A stretch of 63,202 nucleotides of DNA, counting the filler. It is 7 parts of 7 records of this genome, joined end to end, with 100 filler letters (N's around TTAATTAATTAA, not from the genome) between each part and the next. Parts side by side here need not be neighbours in the genome. Positions count along the whole stretch, not along the records: positions 40,796 to 51,958 come from SRR31147125_13559; positions 52,059 to 58,046 come from SRR31147125_13581; positions 58,147 to 63,202 come from SRR31147125_13854; 4 more parts are not named here. The stretch is one strand, 5' to 3'. Both the position numbers and the translations under genes were made by a program. The notes under the pieces were generated by a model. The model was given only the letters and a program-made list of their open reading frames with translations. It was not told where the DNA came from and ran no database searches. Below are positions 50,171 to 58,783 of the stretch, in pieces (the stretch's first letter is position 1; each line of letters opens with the position of its first letter).

Positions 50171-51430
50171 TTGAGCAAAAAAGAAACTAACCCATACCCC
50201 TTGCGAAAGGCAGCCTTTTGGATCATGTGCAGCCTGATCCTCTTTCTGCCCCTGGCAAGAGGAGCCATGCATCCCTGGGCCTGGACCATCATGCAGATGG
50301 GGGTGGGCACCTGCCTTATGCTGCTTTTGATCCAAAGCTTTGTATCCGGCTGTCCAGTGTTTGAGAAAACCCCGTTGACCCCTCCCTTGATCGCCTTAAT
50401 GGTCCTGGCCACGGTGTCAGCGGTTTTTTCCGATTATAAGCTTTACGCCTGGGAAGGGTTGCTACTGCTTTTTACCTATGTGGCGGCTTATTTCACCGCC
50501 CATACCGTGGTTCAAACCCGGCAGCAGCAGCGCATTCTGGTCTATACCATTGTGGGCACCGCCTTGATCCTCTGCATCATCGGCCTGCTCAAGCGGTTTG
50601 ATCTGAATCCCTTTGCCTTTTGGGATTATGATGAACTTAATTACAGCCCCACCTGGGTGGCCGCCACCTATACCAATCACAACCATCTGGCAGGCTTTCT
50701 TGAGATGGCCATCCCCTTTGCCCTGGCCCTTTTCCTCATCCGCCATAGAAGCCTGGGGGGAAAATTGCTGCTGACCTATATTGTTTTGATCCTTGTGGTC
50801 ACCCAGGGCATGACCTTATCCCGGGGGGGATGGGCCAGCACCATAATTTCCCTGGCTTTCATGGGGATTGTCCTGCTGCGGCAAAGGCAGTTCAGAAGTA
50901 AAAAAGTTATCTTAGCCCTGGCCGGGACTGCCCTGGCAGTCTCAATATTTGCCATAGCCTCCACCCCTGTGGTGGAAAGGGCCTTGTCTCTGGAAGAGAA
51001 GGATGAGTCAGCCAGTATGGAGGGCCGCCTCGAAGCCTGGAAGGGGACTGTTGATCTGATTAAAACCTCTTTCTTGATCGGTACTGGCCCCGGTACATAT
51101 GAGGCTTTGTTTACAAAATTTCAACCCTTTGGTTTAAGGCCCATGTTCATCCAGGCGCATAATGATTATTTGCAGGGGATTGCTGATTTAGGAATATTGG
51201 TCGTACTGATATTTTTCTGGACAATGGTTCTGTTTTTAAGAGCGTTTTGGAAAAGGCAAATTTCTGATGGCCGGCAGAGAAGGGGTTTTTTGTTGGCTGT
51301 GTTTGGAGGGGTGGTGGTTGTTTTCGTGCATAGCACGGTTGATTTTAATATGCATATTCCTTCTAATGCGTTTGTGTTTGTCGTTATTGTTAGTTTAACG
51401 AACATAAAACTGCCCTCATCCCCTCGATGA
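50171..51430 (+). CDS. O-antigen ligase/Wzy_C family membrane protein
   Basis: Multiple TMs; TYTNHNHLAG, LSRGGW, GTGPGTY, AHNDYLQ, HSTVDFNMHIPSN. Confidence 0.88.
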   Translation: MSKKETNPYPLRKAAFWIMCSLILFLPLARGAMHPWAWTIMQMGVGTCLMLLLIQSFVSGCPVFEKTPLTPPLIALMVLATVSAVFSDYKLYAWEGLLLLFTYVAAYFTAHTVVQTRQQQRILVYTIVGTALILCIIGLLKRFDLNPFAFWDYDELNYSPTWVAATYTNHNHLAGFLEMAIPFALALFLIRHRSLGGKLLLTYIVLILVVTQGMTLSRGGWASTIISLAFMGIVLLRQRQFRSKKVILALAGTALAVSIFAIASTPVVERALSLEEKDESASMEGRLEAWKGTVDLIKTSFLIGTGPGTYEALFTKFQPFGLRPMFIQAHNDYLQGIADLGILVVLIFFWTMVLFLRAFWKRQISDGRQRRGFLLAVFGGVVVVFVHSTVDFNMHIPSNAFVFVVIVSLTNIKLPSSPR

Positions 51431-51958
51431 AATTTTGTTTCAAATGGTTAGGCGAATTTTATTTCGTTTTCTGTTAATTTAAAGAATATTTGGGAAAGTT
51501 TGATTAGTATGGGGACCAAATCTGGGGAAATTGATATCCCAGTATTTTTAGATCCCAAAAAGATTGACTGGTCTGTTTATAATGGTGCCACTTGTGTTAC
51601 GCCGAGTTTGAAAGGATTTTATAAGGCTTGCGAACAGATGCAGGTGGGCGCAAGGGATAAAGACCTTACTGCCGATGAACTTCAGACCCACTATAAGCAG
51701 GCCACGGGCGTCCTTTCTTTTAGTTGAGGATGGAATTAAAGGCTCTATCCGGGTCTATTGTGTTTTTGAGAGTTCCATCCCAATTGAATGCTATATCTCT
51801 CAAGAAAAATATAGATTTATTTTTGAGATACGCTCTATTCAAAGGAGGAGTCTACACGCCTGAGACCGGGTCTGAGCGATTCAGGTTAAAGAATGGAGAG
51901 GGAGCGTGCAGATTATTCCACGGATACCGAAAAAAGCACGACCCCCATTGTCGAAAAA

Positions 51959-52058
51959 NNNNNNNNNNNNNNNNNNNNNNNNNNNNNNNNNNNNNNNNNN
52001 NNTTAATTAATTAANNNNNNNNNNNNNNNNNNNNNNNNNNNNNNNNNNNNNNNNNNNN
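51959..52058. other. Artificial contig-joining spacer
   Basis: 44 N + TTAATTAATTAA + 44 N. Confidence 0.99.
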
Positions 52059-52150
52059 ATTGCGAGGCTAAAAGCCTCGCAATTCCTTGACCTGTTCAGT
52101 TCCCATAACCGTAGGTTAAAACCGGCAGCTTGCCTCAATAAACCGGGGGC
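52059..52150. repeat. REP-like hairpin cluster at contig end
   Basis: ATTGCGAGGCT-AAA-AGCCTCGCAAT (perfect 11-bp stem), followed by GGTTAAAACC and AAACCGGGGG. Confidence 0.55.
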
Positions 52151-52630
52151 AAAAGACACCGCAGTTTTTCACACAGACTTTAATGTTTCGGTGCAAATCT
52201 CAGAAGTCACACTAAATCGCGATTTTCAAATCGCCACATCCTTATCCCCGAACTATGGTTTATAATAAATCAGAAATTTGCTAAAAGAAGACATCCGCAT
52301 TTGCACAAATGCAACAATTCTACCAATAATTGCATCATAACTTCTAATAATAAAACGCGATCGTATTTAATTTTGTGTATCCTTTAAAAAGGAAATTCTA
52401 TTGAAATAAATGTCGGATACAAAAGAGGACTTCGGCAATTCAATCAGAAACAAAATAATTAATTAAACGAAACAGAAAACCTGCACCGTTCTTCTACCTC
52501 AATCTTTTTTACAAATAATAGTCAGTTACAAAGGCTTTTTTTTGATGAAAATTCTTTTATAAAAAGATGCTATTTCCGATTTGTAGCGTTTTCTGTAGTG
52601 ATTAAAGAACTAACCAAAATTTATACTGAT

Positions 52631-53314
52631 ATGAACCTGAAAAAAATTATAGAATGCCTCTCGCTTTTCGTATTTATATGCTGGCTCCCGGTTTTGGCTC
52701 AAGCCCAGGAAAAAACTATAAAAGGCAAAGTAACAGCTTTCGATAGTATTCCGTTAATACACGCCGAAGTAAAAGTTTTAAGCACAAAACAAATTACGCT
52801 TACCGATACTCTTGGTCGGTTTGAAGTAAGCTGCTTGCCTAAGGATAAGTTAAAAGTTAGTGCCAAAGGTTTTACCTCCAGAAAAGTTAAGATTGATGAA
52901 AAAACGAAATTGGCATTGGTTAATTTAAGCTTTAAACCAGGTTCTAAAAACGTGGAAGTTGCTGTAGGCTATGGGCATATTAACGAGAAGGATAAGCTTT
53001 TTGCCATATCATCGCTTCAAAATGAAGAAGATAATTTTTCCAGTTACTCGAATATCTATGATCTGATAAGAGGAACAGTTCCCGGAGTCCAGGTAATTGG
53101 GCGCGAGATTACTATTCGCGGTGATAATTCCGTTAACAATTTAAGTGTGCTTATTGTGGTTAACGGAGTGGAGGAAGACGCGAGTGTGCTCGATAGCTTG
53201 TCGCCATTCGATATAAAAAGTATTGATATACTAAAAGATGGTGCTTCGGCAATATACGGAAACAAAGGGGCTGGTGGAGTAATAATTATTACCACGAAAA
53301 AAGGGGGCGAATAG
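52631..53314 (+). CDS. Short TonB-dependent plug-domain protein (CarboxypepD_reg-like + plug, no barrel)
   Basis: Signal peptide; IKGKV, TDTLGRF, VAVGYG, VPGVQV, IKSIDILKDGASAIYGNKGAGGVIIITTKKG, then stop. Confidence 0.85.
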   Translation: MNLKKIIECLSLFVFICWLPVLAQAQEKTIKGKVTAFDSIPLIHAEVKVLSTKQITLTDTLGRFEVSCLPKDKLKVSAKGFTSRKVKIDEKTKLALVNLSFKPGSKNVEVAVGYGHINEKDKLFAISSLQNEEDNFSSYSNIYDLIRGTVPGVQVIGREITIRGDNSVNNLSVLIVVNGVEEDASVLDSLSPFDIKSIDILKDGASAIYGNKGAGGVIIITTKKGGE

Positions 53315-53369
53315 CAGGGGTTGCAATTCGAAGAGGAAAATAACGTAAATAAATTTTTAGAATAAAATT

Positions 53370-54098
53370 ATGAACAACAGGAAAATTAGATATTGTTTTT
53401 TGTTGATACTGGCCGTGATTTTTTTTCCGATTCAGCTTTACAGTCAGAATTCTGCACAACAACCGGCGGCAGGCGATGAGCTTTACAAGTTGGTAGAGCA
53501 GAAATATGGCGTTGATGAGATTCTTGTAAACGGGAAACATTTCGAAAATTTGTATGTCCACGATTTGGGGCATCCGTATTACGGAGAAGATGAATATAAA
53601 AATGGTTACTTGCTTGTGCATAATCAGAAGTTTGAAGGTTTGATGTTAAAGTATAATATTTTCGAGCAAACCATTGTGGTTCAATACCCCGGAAAAGCAA
53701 ACTCCCAAACCGAATTTCTTCCTCCGTTAGATTTTATTTCGGAATTTACCCTTGCCAATCATAAGTTTAAGAAATACGATTTTGCTAAAACCGGAGAACA
53801 GTTTTTCGAGGAGGTTTATGTGGGCGAAATAAGTTGTTTGTGTTTGTGGCGAAAAACCAGGGATAAATCAGACCACAATCTAAATTTTATGGCTCATAAG
53901 TTTTCGGAGCCCGACAAAAAAATATTTCTGGTTATCGACGACAAATCCTATCATTTAAAAAGTAAAAAAGATTTGATAAAACTATTTCCAGAGCACAAAA
54001 CAAGCATTGTAGAATATATAAAAGAACATAAAATAAAGCTTTACAAATCGCCGGACGAGAAGGTTGCCCAATTAATTGGCTACTGCGAAAACCTGTAA
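53370..54098 (+). CDS. Secreted hypothetical protein
   Basis: Signal peptide; LVNG..F...GHPY, LKYNIFEQ, KSKKDLIKLF. Confidence 0.7.
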   Translation: MNNRKIRYCFLLILAVIFFPIQLYSQNSAQQPAAGDELYKLVEQKYGVDEILVNGKHFENLYVHDLGHPYYGEDEYKNGYLLVHNQKFEGLMLKYNIFEQTIVVQYPGKANSQTEFLPPLDFISEFTLANHKFKKYDFAKTGEQFFEEVYVGEISCLCLWRKTRDKSDHNLNFMAHKFSEPDKKIFLVIDDKSYHLKSKKDLIKLFPEHKTSIVEYIKEHKIKLYKSPDEKVAQLIGYCENL

Positions 54099-54135
54099 AA
54101 ATAATTAAAATAAAACGCTGAAAACGATACTATCT

Positions 54136-56922
54136 ATGAAAAAAATTACAATAACCTTTCTCTTCTGTCTCATGTTTGGGGCTGTTTATTCGCAGCAGGA
54201 GGGTTTAAAATTTTCAGGCCGTTTTGAAAATGTCAACTTCGAAGAATTTATTGCTTCAATCGAACAACAGACTTCTTGTCGCTTTCAATATAAAAAGGAG
54301 TGGATAGATGATGTGAAAGTAACTACATCAGGAGAAAATCTTGATCTTTCTTCATCACTCAAAGAGATTCTTAAGCAGACCGGCTTAAATTTTTATATCG
54401 ATAACAACAAAAATGTAATTCTCTATCCGGGGCAAAAAATAGTTGAATCGCTTCCCGTGTATGTTCCCGAAGTTGCTTTAACTAATGTAAGCGAAATTGA
54501 TGTTGACACAGCATTAGGGCTTACCACAGTTGAAAAGAATTACATTGAAGGCAAGAAAGAAATTAAGGCAACTGTAATAAAGGTTGGGCGTGGTACTAAG
54601 TTTACCAATGGAAAAAAGAGTGCAATCCGGGGGAAAATAAGCGATCAGGAATCGGGGCAGCCACTAATAGGTGCAACTATTTATATTGAAGAAACCGGCA
54701 GCGGGGCAGCCACCGATTTGGATGGATATTTTAACATGGTTTTAAAGCAGGGCGAATACCAGGCCATTGTCCGCTCAGTGTCAATGAAAGAAAAAAGTTT
54801 TTCCCAAGTTTATTCCGATGGAGAACTTTCCATTTCCATGGAAAAAGAAGTAATTAGTTTGAACGAAGTGCGTGTTGTGGCCGATAAAAACGATAATGTG
54901 GTAGGAATGCAAATGGGTTTCGAGCGCATGACCAGTAAAAGTATGAAAGAGATTCCGGCAGTACTTGGCGAGAAAGATATACTAAAGGTTGCGCAAATGC
55001 TGCCGGGAGTGCAAAGTGCCGGCGAAGGATCCTCCGGGCTATATGTGCGGGGCGGAAGTGCCGACCAGAATATGTTCTACATTAACAAAATACCGGTGTA
55101 CAATACCTCGCACCTGTTTGGTTTCTTTTCGGCTTTTAGCTCCGACATCATTAATTCTTTTTCGCTTTATAAAAGCAATATTCCGGCACAATACGGAGGC
55201 CGCTTGTCGTCAGTTTTCGATGTAACTACCCGGCGCGGTAATAAAAAAGAATTTTATGGCAAGGGAGGAATAAGCCTGGTTACCGGACACGTTGCCCTGG
55301 AAGGCCCGGTAATAAAAGATAAAACCTCGTTTGTGCTTAACTACAGGGGCACCTATTCCGATTGGTTGTTAAAGAAGGTTGACGATGTAGACATTCAAAA
55401 CAGTAACGCTATGTTTTACGATGTTAGTGCTGCTCTGAATACCGAAATCAACAAAAATAATTCATTAAAAATATTCGGATACAGGAGTCAGGATGAGTTC
55501 TCGCTGGCCTCTACCAACGATTACGACTATTCAAACACGGGAGCCTCAATAAACTGGCAGCACTTGTTTTCTTCGGCCTTTCATGGCGATTTTGCCTTGG
55601 TGCACAGTCAATATTTCAATGGTCATAACAGTAAAAGTAATGTGTCGGAAGCTTACAGGCACGAGTTCGAGCTGGGACATTCCGAGATTAAGGGTGATTT
55701 CCGATATCATTTAAAAAACGATCATCAGTTAGCTTTTGGACTCGACGCCATTTATTACAATAACCAAAGGGGAGAATTGCTGCCTTACGGCGAGGAATCC
55801 ACAAGAATTTCGATTGATTTGGGCGAAGAGCAGGCAGTGGAGTCGGCAGTGTACCTAAGCGATGAGTTTAACCTGACGGGCAGATTGCGTGTACTTGCAG
55901 GCTTGCGCTACAGCCGTTACTCCTTGTTGGGATCGCAGGATGTTAATATTTACTACGAAAATTCTTCCATCGACGAGAATAACATAAAAGAGGTTCAGTC
56001 GTTTGGTTCGGGCGAGATTGTTAAAACCTATTCCGGTTTGGAGCCGCGGCTTTCGCTGAATTACGATTTGCGCTTGCATAACTCATTAAAAGCATCGTAC
56101 AACAGAACAAAACAGTACATTTTTATGTTGAGCAATACCGTGGCAATTTCGCCAACCGATATGTGGAAACTCTCAGATTATCATTTAGAACCGCCTGTTT
56201 GCGATCAGCTTTCGCTGGGCTATTACCACAACTTTCCGGAACACGGGCTGGAAACTTCGGTTGAGATATACAAAAAATGGATAAACAATGTTGTTGAGTA
56301 CAAAGATGGCGTTGATTTTCTTTCGGGCGATCCCACAGAAATGCTCTTACTTCAAGGAACACAGGATTCGCATGGGCTGGAGTTTATGCTGAAAAAGAAA
56401 ACCGGCAAACTATCGGGAATGATGTCGTATTGTTATTCGAAATCGATGGTGCAGGTAAAGAGCGACATTGCAACCGAACAAATAAATAATGGCGTTGCAT
56501 ATCCTTCGAATTATGACCGGCCTCACAGTTTTAACCTGGCAGCCACTTTCAAAACAAATATGCGGGTAAGCCTTTCAAGTATTGTTGAATACAGTACCGG
56601 AAGGCCGATTACCTATCCAATTACCTCATATTATTCTAATGGTCAGGAGATTTTGTATTACTCCGATCGTAATGCCTACAGGATACCCAATTATTTCAGA
56701 ATGGATTTTTCGATTAACGTGGAGGGAAACCTTAAAAAGAAGAAGAAAATTCATAGCTACTGGATGCTGAATGTGTATAATATTACCGGACGTAAAAATG
56801 CCTATTCTGTTTATTACGAGTCGGATAACGGAAAAATGAAGGCCTATAAACTTTCTATTTTCGGACAGCCAATAGTTACCCTGTCGTGGAATTTTAAATT
56901 TGGAAATTATACCAGCGAATAA
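54136..56922 (+). CDS. TonB-dependent receptor
   Basis: PLIGATIY, TDLDGYF, plug (GEKDILK...LPGV...VRGGSADQN...YGGRLSSV), barrel (EPRLS, YDRPHS, YNITGRKN). Confidence 0.92.
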   Translation: MKKITITFLFCLMFGAVYSQQEGLKFSGRFENVNFEEFIASIEQQTSCRFQYKKEWIDDVKVTTSGENLDLSSSLKEILKQTGLNFYIDNNKNVILYPGQKIVESLPVYVPEVALTNVSEIDVDTALGLTTVEKNYIEGKKEIKATVIKVGRGTKFTNGKKSAIRGKISDQESGQPLIGATIYIEETGSGAATDLDGYFNMVLKQGEYQAIVRSVSMKEKSFSQVYSDGELSISMEKEVISLNEVRVVADKNDNVVGMQMGFERMTSKSMKEIPAVLGEKDILKVAQMLPGVQSAGEGSSGLYVRGGSADQNMFYINKIPVYNTSHLFGFFSAFSSDIINSFSLYKSNIPAQYGGRLSSVFDVTTRRGNKKEFYGKGGISLVTGHVALEGPVIKDKTSFVLNYRGTYSDWLLKKVDDVDIQNSNAMFYDVSAALNTEINKNNSLKIFGYRSQDEFSLASTNDYDYSNTGASINWQHLFSSAFHGDFALVHSQYFNGHNSKSNVSEAYRHEFELGHSEIKGDFRYHLKNDHQLAFGLDAIYYNNQRGELLPYGEESTRISIDLGEEQAVESAVYLSDEFNLTGRLRVLAGLRYSRYSLLGSQDVNIYYENSSIDENNIKEVQSFGSGEIVKTYSGLEPRLSLNYDLRLHNSLKASYNRTKQYIFMLSNTVAISPTDMWKLSDYHLEPPVCDQLSLGYYHNFPEHGLETSVEIYKKWINNVVEYKDGVDFLSGDPTEMLLLQGTQDSHGLEFMLKKKTGKLSGMMSYCYSKSMVQVKSDIATEQINNGVAYPSNYDRPHSFNLAATFKTNMRVSLSSIVEYSTGRPITYPITSYYSNGQEILYYSDRNAYRIPNYFRMDFSINVEGNLKKKKKIHSYWMLNVYNITGRKNAYSVYYESDNGKMKAYKLSIFGQPIVTLSWNFKFGNYTSE

Positions 56923-58046
56923 GAAACTATTCAAAAGACATAAGGAAATGTTAAATTGTAAACATATAATTTTGGTAAAGAATATTGTTCTCAAAAGAAG
57001 CTATTTAATTTTCGTTTTGGTGGTCTTTGGGGGACTTTTTACGCGCTGTATTGAAGAGTATAACCCCAAAATTACAGAAAGTACTGAACTATTGGTAATC
57101 GATGGCAGTATAATAAAAGGAAACAGTTTTCAAACCATAAACATTTCGTATTCCACTCCGGTAGATGAAAGTTACTATAATCCGCTTTCAGGCTGTGCTG
57201 TTTGGGCAACCAACGGGCAAGGTGTTGAATTTACCTTTGAGGAAGGCGTAGATGGCGAGTATAATGCCATAATTGAAGAGCAATACCTGGCTTACGGAAG
57301 CGAGTTTAAAATAACGGTTATTACCCCCAACGGCAACGAATACGAATCGGATTACGAAACAATTTACGAAAGCAGCCAGATAGATAGTTTGTATTATCAA
57401 GAAGATAGTTATCAGTCTTCAACTATATTGAGCGAGTTAGGGCTGCAGTTTTATGTAGACCTTAAAGCCAACGAGAACTCAACAACAAATTACCGTTGGG
57501 TGCTTGAAGAAACATGGGAAACGCGTACCCTATATCCCAAAATGTATTCTTACTGGTCGAACGAACTGTCGTATGTGATAACTGAGCTTGACGGAACTTA
57601 CGACAGCCTTTCGGTGTGTTATAAAACGGAAGACCTGGCTGATGTATACATTGCATCGACAGAAAACCTGACAACAAACGAAAAGAAAAATATTCCGTTG
57701 GTTTATTATGCCGAAACGAGTTCCAAATTAAATTACAATTACAGTGTGTTGGTAAAACAATACGCCCTTACCGATATGGCCTATGTGTATTGGAATAAAG
57801 TAATGGCAGCTTCAACCGAAAGCAGCGGGATGTATCAAACTCAGCCCAGTTCAGTGGTAAGCAATATTTGTAATATTAACGATCCGGATGAGGTGGTTGT
57901 TGGTTTTTTCTGGGCCAGTTCATATTCCGAGAAACGCATAAATTTTAACGGACCATTAACCGAATACCACGACGCACACAGTTGTGGTTTGGTAGAACTC
58001 GATCTTTCAGAAGATTATCCTCCCGCAAATCCTTACGAGCCAACCT
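56900..58046 (+). CDS. DUF4249-like lipoprotein (3' truncated; start uncertain)
   Basis: TRCIEEYNP lipobox-like, LVIDGSI, YRWVLEETWE, YSVLVKQY, SNICNINDPDEVVVGFF. Confidence 0.82.
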
Positions 58047-58146
58047 NNNNNNNNNNNNNNNNNNNNNNNNNNNNNNNNNNNNNNNNNNNNTTAATTAATT
58101 AANNNNNNNNNNNNNNNNNNNNNNNNNNNNNNNNNNNNNNNNNNNN
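58047..58146. other. Artificial contig-joining spacer
   Basis: 44 N + TTAATTAATTAA + 44 N. Confidence 0.99.
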
Positions 58147-58635
58147 GGAAAAACTGTATATTTAGCTCAATTTGGAAAAGGTGTTACAGCTTCTGAGTTA
58201 AACTTCTCAACTATCTCTGACCCAGATGATAGCGCTAGTAGATTAGCTCTTTCAACTGAATATCTAGGTAGTATCTGGACTATTGAAGCTGATGCTCTTA
58301 TAGAAAGCACTAAAGATGACTCTGCAAGCACTACATATACAGAACTTTCAGCTGCTTCTAGATTTACAAAAGCTGTTACTAGTAACCTATCAATGATATA
58401 TGAGTTAAGCGCATCTAACAAAACGAACGTTAATTTAAATGGTGATTTAGGTAGCGAAAATGATGGATTAGTATACAAAGTTGCAGCAGGTCCCGCTATT
58501 CAATTAGAAGCTTCACCATGGGTGAGACCAGTAATTAGATTGTCAGCAGCTATAATTGGTGGAGATAAAGTTATAACTGGTTTTGAGGATGAAAATGAAA
58601 TCAGACTTGGTGCTCAATTTGAAACTTGGTTTTAG
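58147..58635 (+). CDS. LamB/maltoporin-like carbohydrate porin C-terminus (5' truncated)
   Basis: Frame is open from the contig edge; WVRPVIRL and terminal LGAQFETWF resemble LamB RPAIR...GAQMEIWW. Confidence 0.72.
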   Translation, partial: GKTVYLAQFGKGVTASELNFSTISDPDDSASRLALSTEYLGSIWTIEADALIESTKDDSASTTYTELSAASRFTKAVTSNLSMIYELSASNKTNVNLNGDLGSENDGLVYKVAAGPAIQLEASPWVRPVIRLSAAIIGGDKVITGFEDENEIRLGAQFETWF

Positions 58636-58665
58636 GCTTTAAATAGCATAATATCAAATATATTG

Positions 58666-58696
58666 AAAAGTCTTTGGAAATCCCAAGGACTTTTTT
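58666..58696 (+). terminator. Intrinsic terminator
   Basis: AAAAGTCTTTGG-AAATC-CCAAGGACTTTTTT. Confidence 0.75.
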
Positions 58697-58783
58697 AAAA
58701 ATTATAAATATTTTTTCTTTTTATAAGCTAAAATAAATATCACTATAAAACACTCTAACTTAGAAAAATAGAAGGAGCAAAAA

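Noticed and set aside
51500-51958. Two short ORFs at the end of the EPS contig
   Set aside because: No motifs, weak starts, and one runs into the spacer; not supportable as genes.
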